Assembly: GCA_965218095.1 (NCBI GenBank)
Contig: OZ244587.1
Location: 5,632,001-5,696,000, forward strand
Origin: Candidatus Poribacteria bacterium
GTDB taxonomy: Bacteria; Poribacteria; WGA-4E; PCPOR2b
Length of the DNA: 64,000 nt
Direction: 5' to 3'
Notes under the pieces: model-generated
The model's input: only the letters and a program-made list of their open reading frames with translations
Databases searched by the model: none
What the model was told of the DNA's origin: nothing
Shown here: one piece after another, positions 1 to 8,121 of the stretch
Position numbering within the stretch: the stretch's first letter is position 1
Layout: each line of letters begins with the position of its first letter
Translations under genes and position numbers: made by a program

Positions 1-404
1 TGTTTGGCTTCATTGAACGTTCTCGGCTCTTTGAGTAGTAGCACCGTCACGCCCGCCATCCGTAGCTGGTCAATGACTTGCGGTGGTTTCACGTCATCAC
101 GACCGATGATCAACGTCGGTTTCAGGGAGAGAATCCCCTCTGCGTTGAGCCGATACTGATAACCGACCGATGGCAATTTTTCTTTGGCGTGTTTTGGATA
201 AGTGGAAGATGCATCGCAACCGACAACATTCTCGCCGACACCCAGTGCGAACAGGATCTCGGTGGTACTGCCGTTGAGTCCGATGATGCGCTCCGTTGAG
301 TTGATGACAACCGTTTCGCCGTGGGCATCTGTGACTTCAACGGGCTGTGCCGCGGCGAGCAACGAAATAAGACACAACAGAATCACAAGCGGTTGTTTTT
401 TCAT
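1..404 (-). CDS. heme/hemin ABC transporter substrate-binding protein (HmuT-like); runs off window start
   Basis: Manual translation MKKQPLVILLCLISLLAAAQPVEVTDAHGETV...ERIIGLNGSTTEILFALG...VGYQYRLNAEGILSLKPTLII; signal peptide; RBS AAGGAG at 411-416; heme-uptake context. Confidence 0.85.
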   Translation of the reverse strand, partial: MKKQPLVILLCLISLLAAAQPVEVTDAHGETVVINSTERIIGLNGSTTEILFALGVGENVVGCDASSTYPKHAKEKLPSVGYQYRLNAEGILSLKPTLIIGRDDVKPPQVIDQLRMAGVTVLLLKEPRTFNEAK

Positions 405-447
405 TGTTGACTCCTTATCTTGAAAATAGGGAATTGAAGGTTTGGTT

Positions 448-477
448 TTGACACGGTCGGTCGATTTGTGTTATATT
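448..477 (+). promoter_or_regulatory. sigma70-like promoter for R-M genes
   Basis: TTGACA-18-TATATT with TG extended -10. Confidence 0.5.
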
Positions 478-635
478 TACTCCGCGTCGAAAACATCTGC
501 TGACTTTGGGAGATTTTCATTGTGGGTTAAAATCGAAACCCTGATTCAATTTTATGCGAGAAATTTTCTCGCAAATCAGAAGTTGAGCCGCAAACGTATT
601 ACCTGTGCAACTGACACAAAACATGGAGATGACGA

Positions 636-1874
636 TTGACTCGAATCGCAACTGAAATCCGTAGTCCAAGGTCTTTTAACCAGCCTTTGGATCGCACCGA
701 TCTTGATATTGCCGACAAGAAACGGACTAATCTTCTCGCTTGGCGTGGTCAGTTCTCTCCCCAGTTCGTGCAAGCGATTCTTGAAAGTTACACGCACCAG
801 AATGATATCATTCTTGATCCGTTCGTCGGCAGTGGAACTGTTCTTGTGGAATCTGCACATTTAGGACACGAAGTTTATGGTTTTGAAGTCAATCCTGCTG
901 CCGAAACACTAGCCAAAGTATACACGTTTATAGGTTACAGCCCGAAAGAACGGTGTGCGCTGCTTTCGCGTGCGGAAAAAACCTTATCTAAATATATTCC
1001 GCTAGGGCTTCCCCTCTTTGATTCAAGAATTTCAAATGATGACGATAGCGTATCAATTAACCCGCTTATCCGTCATTTGCCCGGGCTGAAGAGTATTGAT
1101 ATCAAGATACTGCTCGAATCATTAGTCGTAAAATTGGACATCGGCGGAGAGTACTTTCCAATTCACAGTTTATGGTCGAAATGGAATGCGCTTCGCACAC
1201 TTGTAGAATCTTTACCACAGTCAGAAAAAACAGTATCGGTCGCGTTAGGAGATGCGAGATACTTACCGTTGGACGATAGCGTCATTGATTTCGTTCTGAC
1301 CTCTCCACCGTACATCAATGTCTTTAACTATCACAATAATTACAGAACCTCTATTGAATTGCTGGGCTGGAAACCACTTGTTTCCGCAAGATCAGAAATC
1401 GGCGCGAATCGTAAGTTCCGGCAGAATCGTTTTCTAACTGTGGTTCAGTATTGCATTGATATGAGTCTTTCATTAGCAGAGTTAGTCCGGGTCTGTCGGA
1501 ATTCAGGGCGAATCATATTCGTTGTGGGAAGGGAGTCCAATGTTCATAAAACCGCTTTTTTCAACGGTGCCATCCTTCGTCGTCTCGCCGAAGAAGTTAT
1601 CGGTATCAAAACTGCTTTGCAGCAAGAAAGGAAGTTTCAAAATAAATTCGGCAACCTGATTAAAGAAGATATCCTGCATTTCATTCCAAGCAATGGGCAA
1701 CAGGTTAATCGTTCTCTTACCATCAAACAAGCAAAACAGATCGGAGCAGAGGTGTTATCGAATGCTCGGGATAGAGTCCCGACAGATCGACGTGGTATTC
1801 TCGATGATGCCCTGAGCCACGCACACCAGATAGAACCTTCTCCTGAGTTTATAGCTGCACAGGCGAAAGAATAA
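636..1874 (+). CDS. DNA methyltransferase, probably N4-cytosine
   Basis: Motif I DPFVGSGT precedes motif IV TSPPY; coupled to downstream endonuclease. Confidence 0.85.
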   Translation: MTRIATEIRSPRSFNQPLDRTDLDIADKKRTNLLAWRGQFSPQFVQAILESYTHQNDIILDPFVGSGTVLVESAHLGHEVYGFEVNPAAETLAKVYTFIGYSPKERCALLSRAEKTLSKYIPLGLPLFDSRISNDDDSVSINPLIRHLPGLKSIDIKILLESLVVKLDIGGEYFPIHSLWSKWNALRTLVESLPQSEKTVSVALGDARYLPLDDSVIDFVLTSPPYINVFNYHNNYRTSIELLGWKPLVSARSEIGANRKFRQNRFLTVVQYCIDMSLSLAELVRVCRNSGRIIFVVGRESNVHKTAFFNGAILRRLAEEVIGIKTALQQERKFQNKFGNLIKEDILHFIPSNGQQVNRSLTIKQAKQIGAEVLSNARDRVPTDRRGILDDALSHAHQIEPSPEFIAAQAKE

Positions 1875-2785
1875 TGGCACGACCAACACCGCACTTAGAT
1901 AAGCTTAACGCGCTACTCGCAAACGACAAACTACCTGCCGATGACAAGGAAAGAATCGATTATGCGATAGAGAAATATCATGAATGGATACAGGCGATGT
2001 CAGAAGCGGATGAGGATGAGTCTGTTATTATTGAACGATTGGTTTCCCTGCTTTCCGGGTATAAGCAGTTTATCGATTTGGATACCATATTCGATAGCGA
2101 AAGTGATTTTTTATATCGGCAAAAAGGACAGTTAAAACTGGATAACACGGTAATAGAAGAATTTCTTCCTCATTTGATATCGAGGGCACTGCCAGACTTG
2201 GATAATACCCTATATCTCGGTCCACAGTCGTGTTTTTCGGCAACATATTTTACATCTACCCTTACGCATCACGAACGTGGGGGCGGATTCCATATTCGGA
2301 CAAAAAACCAAGATTTCACCATCGCACGGAAACTATTTATACGGACATCGCATCATCCAAATTTTGAAGGAGATTTTCTAAGCCGGGAAACTTATCTGGG
2401 CTACATATGTGCCGAGTGCAAAACGAATTTGGATAAGACAATGTTCCAAGAGGCATCGGCGACAGCTCATGATGTTAAAGCGGCTGTGCCCGGCGCGAAG
2501 TACTACCTGCTTTGTGAATGGCTTGATATGACTCCGATTAGCACCGCACCAACTGATATTGATGAAGTCTTGTTGCTTAGAAAAGCGAAGAGAATTGGTT
2601 CTCAAGTGAGGCGTCATTATGCAACCTATTCGGGACGCCAGAAAGCTCGAGAAGAGTATGCTGAATTCCTTAGAGATAACCCTTTTGCGCCGGATGTATT
2701 CACTCGACTTGTTCGCCATATTGAGAGTGTACTCAATGACCACGCCCCAGAAGAGGGAAACGTGCTAAACGGCGGTTATTTCTAA
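1874..2785 (+). CDS. Bpu10I-family type II restriction endonuclease
   Basis: QDFTI...AECKTNLDKTMFQEA PD-(D/E)xK signature typical of Bpu10I/BbvCI/Bsu36I family; TAATG overlap with MTase. Confidence 0.8.
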   Translation: MARPTPHLDKLNALLANDKLPADDKERIDYAIEKYHEWIQAMSEADEDESVIIERLVSLLSGYKQFIDLDTIFDSESDFLYRQKGQLKLDNTVIEEFLPHLISRALPDLDNTLYLGPQSCFSATYFTSTLTHHERGGGFHIRTKNQDFTIARKLFIRTSHHPNFEGDFLSRETYLGYICAECKTNLDKTMFQEASATAHDVKAAVPGAKYYLLCEWLDMTPISTAPTDIDEVLLLRKAKRIGSQVRRHYATYSGRQKAREEYAEFLRDNPFAPDVFTRLVRHIESVLNDHAPEEGNVLNGGYF

Positions 2786-2790
2786 AAGCC

Positions 2791-2868
2791 CCGCGAGCGA
2801 TGAAACGAGACAGAACAGCATCACGAGGTGTTGTATTTCATTGTTGACTCTTATCTTGAAAATGGGAA
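2791..2868 (-). pseudogene. diverged duplicate of 5' end and RBS of the heme ABC binding-protein gene
   Basis: Aligns with 351-435; reads MK-(1-nt deletion)-QHLVMLFCLVSSLA vs MKKQPLVILLCLISLLA. Confidence 0.8.
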
Positions 2869-2908
2869 CATTGTAAAAATTGACCGCTCATGTCAAGAAA
2901 TGGTGAAA

Positions 2909-2942
2909 AGAAACCGAGTTTTTCCAAAAAAACTCGGTTTCT
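2909..2942. repeat. AGAAACCGAGTTTTT palindromic repeat
   Basis: AGAAACCGAGTTTTT-ccaa-AAAAACTCGGTTTCT; family copies at 7936, 18733, 43861. Confidence 0.85.
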
Positions 2943-3005
2943 CCCGGATAGGTGGGAGACGCAGCCCCCTCCCACAGTAGCGTGAACTGTTCGTTTGCGT
3001 CGGTA

Positions 3006-3647
3006 TTAGAAATTCCGACTCCCATTGGGTTGATGGACGTACTCAAAGGTTACAAAACCGCCCTCCTTTTTGCTCTTATTGTCCTTATAGTAGCCGATGA
3101 AACGCACCTTTGCAAACGTGCCATCCGCCGTTTGAACTACGAACACACGTTTCTCCAGAGGCAAGATCCAGTGATTGGGCGGTCCGGTGTAAATGTACCA
3201 CCCCTCCTCGCTCTGTGCGACGATAGCGAGGTTCTCGTCTGAACCAGCGACGTACCCGCCCGCGGGTGCCTCTTTCACCTGCTCAAACTCTACATCTTCG
3301 AGCATCACCGCACTTCCCTTTCCCGCGCCGCTCACGCCGCCGTTGAGTTTCACCTTCGTCTGTTGAAAGCCGAGGTCCCAATCCATTGAATTTCGTGGGT
3401 CGGCGACCTCGAGGGCATCGCCTTTGGCGAAGGAGAAATACGCCCACGCCTCTTTGCTCGTTGCGTCAATGGTGAAGTTGACAACATCGAGTTGTGGTGA
3501 GACTTCGGCGGGCGACTGTTCCTCAAGCGGTTGCTCGAGTTCATCGTCGTCATCATCATTACTACAACCGAAAAAGAAAACGGTACTAATAAACAAAACT
3601 GACCAGATAATGAGTCGCCAAGTGGCGAGATTTCTGAGGGTTTTCAT
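3006..3647 (-). CDS. hmuY: HmuY-family heme-binding lipoprotein
   Basis: Lipobox FFGC; WAYFSF, WDLGF..KLNGGVSGAG, GWYIY and TADGTFAKVRF motifs. Confidence 0.85.
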   Translation of the reverse strand: MKTLRNLATWRLIIWSVLFISTVFFFGCSNDDDDDELEQPLEEQSPAEVSPQLDVVNFTIDATSKEAWAYFSFAKGDALEVADPRNSMDWDLGFQQTKVKLNGGVSGAGKGSAVMLEDVEFEQVKEAPAGGYVAGSDENLAIVAQSEEGWYIYTGPPNHWILPLEKRVFVVQTADGTFAKVRFIGYYKDNKSKKEGGFVTFEYVHQPNGSRNF

Positions 3648-3680
3648 TGTGTCCTCCTATTGAGTACTTGAAATGGTGGA

Positions 3681-3896
3681 TTAGACAGTGATCGGATGGC
3701 CCGTGTCTGTTAAAGACTTTGCACTATCATCTTTGAAAGCCAACATGGCTTCCGCGATGGTGCCGGCAACTTGGTAAAAATCTTGTGCAATCATCGCAAT
3801 GTCGATGCCCCGGTATTTGAGGTGAATATGCCCATCAAGGCATTGATAGACAGCACACACGCTGTTATTTGACAAAAACTCTCTTGTGTGATCCAT
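3681..3896 (-). CDS. small hypothetical protein with Cys/His motif
   Basis: MDHTREFLSNNSVCAVYQCLDGHIHLKY..., 71 aa; purine-rich RBS; inside heme operon. Confidence 0.6.
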   Translation of the reverse strand: MDHTREFLSNNSVCAVYQCLDGHIHLKYRGIDIAMIAQDFYQVAGTIAEAMLAFKDDSAKSLTDTGHPITV

Positions 3897-3952
3897 TTTC
3901 TTCGTTTCCTTTCTTGATAGTTTCAGTGGCGTAAGAAAGAATCCGTTTTCTC

Positions 3953-4477
3953 TTACCACTGGGAAGATGCGTGTAAAAATAGTAGGATTGAAAAACAGGT
4001 GATTGAGAGATAAGCCGACTTTCTTCCACGTCGGCACAACACAAAGCGAATCAACAGTTGAAACAGATAGAGCAGGCACACACCACACGCGCCTGACATT
4101 TGGTGAGACCAATCGCTGTGATGATTGCCGTGCAATAGAAAAGCGGTTAGCAATCCGAGAGCCGACAGTGATAGTCCGATAATCACATTCTGACAGCAAA
4201 ATGTATCCAATCGCTCGAGTGCTGGCAGGTGGTAAAATATCACCAGAAATCGTTTCCGTTTGAGTTGGATTTCTTGGATGAGGTAGGCCAACGATGAGGC
4301 GCACGCACATGCAAAAGCACCATCTGCAAGCAGAAGTGCCCTCGAATACAACAGCCAGCAAAACTGCTGCAATAGGGGCGTGAACGAAACCAACGTCCCG
4401 GCGAAAAATATCGAAGTGAAACCGCCTAGCCCTAAGAGGTGCGCTCTACTGAGTACCATCTTTTCTTCAATTGACAC
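3953..4477 (-). CDS. CcsA/HemX-like cytochrome c assembly family membrane protein (short, degenerate)
   Basis: LAYLIQEIQLKRKR...LPALERLD...RGRKSAYLSI signature; several TM helices; lacks a recognisable WWD/DPK motif. Confidence 0.6.
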   Translation of the reverse strand: MSIEEKMVLSRAHLLGLGGFTSIFFAGTLVSFTPLLQQFCWLLYSRALLLADGAFACACASSLAYLIQEIQLKRKRFLVIFYHLPALERLDTFCCQNVIIGLSLSALGLLTAFLLHGNHHSDWSHQMSGACGVCLLYLFQLLIRFVLCRRGRKSAYLSITCFSILLFLHASSQW

Positions 4478-4495
4478 GATTGATTGCTGTGTAAT

Positions 4496-4644
4496 GAGTC
4501 ATGCGTAACGGGAGGCAAATGTTTTTAAGCGTTACGCACGACTCGTCACAACAGGTTCTCAAGCTCGCCCCCTAACCCAAACAAGCTTGAGAGCCTAGGG
4601 TTGGTTATCGACAAGCCTTCTCCACCCTGTGAGAGAAAGCTTGT
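4496..4644 (-). other. three consecutive stem-loops between TonB receptor and ccsA-like gene
   Basis: Inverted repeats 4496-4544, 4553-4596, 4611-4644, each with a G-U pair on the minus strand. Confidence 0.65.
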
Positions 4645-4662
4645 GGTCATTTGACAGGCTGC

Positions 4663-6609
4663 TCAGTAGTTCAAAGAGAGTCCGCCATAAAATGACCGCC
4701 CGGTGAAAGTATAAAAGGCTGGAATTTTGAAGTCGAAAATGTTGTTGATGCCGACGGAGGCTTTGAGCCATTTGAGAACCTGCTTTGACCCCCGAAGATT
4801 CCAGATATAGTTGCTCGGCGCGTACTCCTCATCTTCAAGTACATTGTCGCTGTCGTCGAAGAATCCCCACCTGCTGGCGTAACGCCCGCGCAGGTCTAGG
4901 TTGAAACCGGCGTCTCGGTTTGTGTAGGCAAGCTTGAGGTTGCCGCTGTGCTTGGATCGATTGAGCAGCGTCAAACCTGTCTCCTTATCCTCGCCCTTGA
5001 GATACGCATAGCCGACCATCGCGGAGAAGCCCCCGATTGAACGGGTCGAAAATTCGACTTCAACCCCTTCGGTAAACGCTTTGCTGACGTTGAAATACTG
5101 AAATTTACTCCCGCCAAGCACGCTTTTCCCAATCCGCTCCGCTTCGATCAGGTTTTTCAGGTTGTTCCGATACAAGTGCACCCGTCCTAGCAGCGCGGAC
5201 TTAAACTGGTATTCAACCCCAAGATTCCAACTCCCCGACGACTCCGGTTGCAGGTCTGGATTTCCAAGCACTTGATAGCCAGATGTCGGATTGCTGAAAT
5301 CGAGATAGAGGTCTTTGAAGTCGGGTGCACGAAAGCCTTGACCGAAGGAGGTGCGAATCGTGACATCACTGGTCACGTGATACATCCCGCTCAACTTTGG
5401 ACTGAAGTGCGTTCCAAATTCGGAGTGATGGTCAAGCCGTCCCCCCAAGACAAGCGCAAGGTTTGCCATCGGTCGAAATTCGTTCTGGAAAAACAGCGAA
5501 TCCGTCGTAACGCCCTTCTCACCGCCTGCAATGCGTTGGGATTCGAGGTTTTCAAAAATTAACTCTGCGCCAACGGTCAGTTGGTTCTTCAATCCGAGGG
5601 CGGTGTCAAATTGCGCTTCGCCTTTGATCAGGTCTTGAACCGTGACGTTTGATGACGCGGTGAGCGAGGTGCCACGGTCAATAACCGTCGATTCATCGCG
5701 GTAGCGTGTGGCGTAGATTTTGCCCATCAACTTTGAGCGCAAACCGAGTTGATACCCCGTGCCGACGCTTCCGCTGAAGTTGTCAATATTGCCGAGGCGG
5801 TCGAAGATGATGTCGTCTGTTTCACTGACACCCTCCTGCTCTTGGGCAAAATACTGCCCCGAAAACAGCAGCATCGCTTTGGAGGTAAGTTGATACTCGG
5901 TCCGCGCAGAGTGGGTCAAGTTCTGATAGCCATCAATCGTCGTCGAAAGGTCTGACTCGTCTAGATCGATTGGGTTTCGGCGATTTGCGGCAAGGGTCAA
6001 TAGCGCGTTGAACTTGTCGCGTTTCAACTCAACCGCGCTGCGACTGTCAATGGTGTTGTGGGTCTCGAAGTTGTTGGTGAATTGCACAGCAAATGGGGAC
6101 GACACTTTGCGTGTGATAACGTTGATGACGCCCCCCATCGCAGCACTGCCAAAGAGTGCCGACGATGCGCCTTTGACAATCTCGATCCGCTCAACGTTTT
6201 CGACTGCAATCCGTGCGAGGTCGAGTTTGCCAGCGATTCGACCGACCTGCGGTTCGCCATCAAGTAGGACCAGGATGTAATCGGAAGCGAGCCCTTGCAG
6301 TTGAACACCGTCGCCGTGGGCGTCGCGATGGACGACAACCCCCACCCGATGCTCAAGCACCTCGCCGATGTTTTCCGCGCCTGTCGCTTCAATCTCACTT
6401 CGCGTAATGACTTCGGTGATGACCGGCGTGTCTTTTAACCGACGCTCGGTTTTTGTGCCGGTGATGACCACCTCGTCCATCTGAAAAAAGTCAGCGATTG
6501 ACGCGGTTTGGGCGAAAGTGCAGACGGGTTTGAAGCCTGTCTCTACAGTCATTCCACCGATGGTGAAGATAACGAAAAAACCGATCCAGATTCGGTTGTG
6601 TAAACTCAT
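4663..6609 (-). CDS. TonB-dependent receptor, probably heme (HmuR/CirA-like)
   Basis: TonB box EVVITGT; plug ERIEIVKGASSALFGSAAMGGVINVITR; FRAP and NPDL motifs; aromatic C-terminus. Confidence 0.92.
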   Translation of the reverse strand: MSLHNRIWIGFFVIFTIGGMTVETGFKPVCTFAQTASIADFFQMDEVVITGTKTERRLKDTPVITEVITRSEIEATGAENIGEVLEHRVGVVVHRDAHGDGVQLQGLASDYILVLLDGEPQVGRIAGKLDLARIAVENVERIEIVKGASSALFGSAAMGGVINVITRKVSSPFAVQFTNNFETHNTIDSRSAVELKRDKFNALLTLAANRRNPIDLDESDLSTTIDGYQNLTHSARTEYQLTSKAMLLFSGQYFAQEQEGVSETDDIIFDRLGNIDNFSGSVGTGYQLGLRSKLMGKIYATRYRDESTVIDRGTSLTASSNVTVQDLIKGEAQFDTALGLKNQLTVGAELIFENLESQRIAGGEKGVTTDSLFFQNEFRPMANLALVLGGRLDHHSEFGTHFSPKLSGMYHVTSDVTIRTSFGQGFRAPDFKDLYLDFSNPTSGYQVLGNPDLQPESSGSWNLGVEYQFKSALLGRVHLYRNNLKNLIEAERIGKSVLGGSKFQYFNVSKAFTEGVEVEFSTRSIGGFSAMVGYAYLKGEDKETGLTLLNRSKHSGNLKLAYTNRDAGFNLDLRGRYASRWGFFDDSDNVLEDEEYAPSNYIWNLRGSKQVLKWLKASVGINNIFDFKIPAFYTFTGRSFYGGLSLNY

Positions 6610-6672
6610 TAATTGTCTCCTTTCTGTGTAATTTTCTTGACAATCGCAAAGCGATTGGCTTATCTTAATAGG

Positions 6673-6790
6673 AACAGAAAGGGCGATGGGCGCAAAAAAG
6701 CCCCATTACATCAAACCGATAGAGATATGGGATATAGCTAACAATTGGCCGTTGGGAGCTGTCCCTTTTCTATCGTTTGCCTTTTCTGTT
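6673..6790. ncRNA. candidate structured leader or sRNA upstream of TonB receptor
   Basis: Closing helix 6673-6684/6779-6790 enclosing a short and a long hairpin; one arm is complementary to the RBS region. Confidence 0.45.
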
Positions 6791-6808
6791 ATTTTATTTC
6801 CTATTGAT

Positions 6809-6829
6809 TGATAATGAGTCTCAATATCA
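6809..6829. promoter_or_regulatory. Fur-like box
   Basis: TGATAATGAGTCTCAATATCA; 15/19 match to GATAATGATAATCATTATC; next to minus-strand -10 (TATTAT at 6833-6838). Confidence 0.8.
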
Positions 6830-6992
6830 GATATAATACAACTTTATTGAGCGATAACTAATGAGATAATGTTTCTCCAAACATTCATCTCGTCCTCAAT
6901 TCGTGTTCGATTCGACGTATGACCGGAGCACGGTGTTAATTTGTGCTCCACATACAAATACTTATGTGCGTCAATCATAAAGCTTAAATTTA

Positions 6993-7108
6993 ACGTAGGT
7001 TCGTAGTAGGGCGATTTATCACCCGTCAGGTTCGTCGTCAAGTGCTTTATCGCCTGTCCAAACGCGCAATGAATTGCGCTACTACTAACTTTTATATCGA
7101 ACTCACGT
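6993..7108. mobile_element. MITE/REPIN-like element
   Basis: Ends ACGTAGGTTCG / CGAACTCACGT, flanked both sides by TAAATTTA; internal GTAG-type REP palindromes. Confidence 0.6.
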
Positions 7109-7113
7109 TAAAT

Positions 7114-7470
7114 TTAGTGTACCCTGAATTGACCACCGCGCGGTTCCGCCTCAAGGTCAGGGCGAGCGGAATCGAGAAATACCTCGTGAAGTTCTAGCTT
7201 GTTCGACTGCGTGAACGCCTCTTTGGGCAGGGTTCCCGATTGGGCGTGCCCCTTACGGAATTCATCCGATTCGACCCAGTTTTCAAAGTCCTTCCGCAAT
7301 TCCCAAAGCGTAAACACGACGTAGGGGTCGCCGTCATTGACCGGACGCAACACTTGGTTTGAGATGAAGCCGGGCATCCCGTCAACGAGTTGAGCGCGGT
7401 TGCGGAAACGCGCCTCGAAGGCTTCGGTGTACTCGGGTGCAACGTAGATTCGATTTGCAACAGTTATCAT
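7114..7470 (-). CDS. IsdG-like heme-degrading monooxygenase (ABM family)
   Basis: N-terminal Asn (VANRI), MPGF, W..S..F..GH; Asn/Trp/His pattern of IsdG/IsdI. Confidence 0.8.
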   Translation of the reverse strand: MITVANRIYVAPEYTEAFEARFRNRAQLVDGMPGFISNQVLRPVNDGDPYVVFTLWELRKDFENWVESDEFRKGHAQSGTLPKEAFTQSNKLELHEVFLDSARPDLEAEPRGGQFRVH

Positions 7471-7886
7471 GGTCTTGACCTCCGTTCTGTCTTTGTATGA
7501 TAAACTCGAATGGGGTTATGTTGAGTTGGCTGACTAGGTGAATTGACATCAACAAAAATATGTTCCCCGTCAACCTTCACGGGATAGGTTGCAATCCCAC
7601 ATTTTCCGGGCCAGATGCACTTGCCTGTTTTGACATCAAACTTCCATTGATGAATTGGGCAAACGATAACGTCATTTTCTAACTGACCCGCGTGTAAAAT
7701 TCCACCAACATGGGGACAGATGTTGTTCACCGCGTAATACTTCCCATTGACGTTGTGGATACCGATGAAATTACCTTCCAACTTCGCGCTAATGCAGCTA
7801 CCGGGACTCACCTCATCTGTCTTGGCTGCTTTTATGAATCGAGGGACTCCCGGATTTCGTTGTGTCTCTTGGATTTGTAAAGCCAT
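7467..7886 (-). CDS. Rieske [2Fe-2S] ferredoxin
   Basis: CPHVGG...CPIHQWKFD motifs; ATGA overlap with the IsdG-like gene. Confidence 0.9.
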   Translation of the reverse strand: MALQIQETQRNPGVPRFIKAAKTDEVSPGSCISAKLEGNFIGIHNVNGKYYAVNNICPHVGGILHAGQLENDVIVCPIHQWKFDVKTGKCIWPGKCGIATYPVKVDGEHIFVDVNSPSQPTQHNPIRVYHTKTERRSRP

Positions 7887-7935
7887 AAGCCTCCTCTGAT
7901 TAGTTCATATCAAAAACAGGCGCAAAGCCGCTTAG

Positions 7936-7998
7936 AGAAACCGAGTTTTTGCGTCGGGTAATCCCGCTAGCCTTCAGGGTCCGAAAAACTCGGTTTCT
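7936..7998. repeat. AGAAACCGAG-family inverted repeat
   Basis: AGAAACCGAGTTTTT...AAAAACTCGGTTTCT. Confidence 0.85.
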
Positions 7999-8050
7999 GG
8001 AATCAAACGGTTTCTTTGCACGAACTCTTAACATGCCCCCCTGATTTTGC

Positions 8051-8079
8051 TTGACATAAACAGCGTTATTGCATAAAAT
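8051..8079 (+). promoter_or_regulatory. sigma70 promoter of bfr
   Basis: TTGACA-17-TAAAAT. Confidence 0.6.
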
Positions 8080-8121
8080 TTCAGTTGATTCAACCCAATT
8101 CCAAACATTAAGGAGAAAACA

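Noticed and set aside
3897-4361. N-terminal part of the 226-aa ORF 3681-4361
   Set aside because: Overlaps the ccsA-like gene in another frame; plausible start is ATG 3896
6673-6790. Functional retron
   Set aside because: Topology is suggestive but no reverse transcriptase gene is in the window
6610-6840. Cobalamin riboswitch upstream of TonB receptor
   Set aside because: No recognisable B12-box or GGGAA/GCCACTG consensus; context and Fur box point to heme/iron
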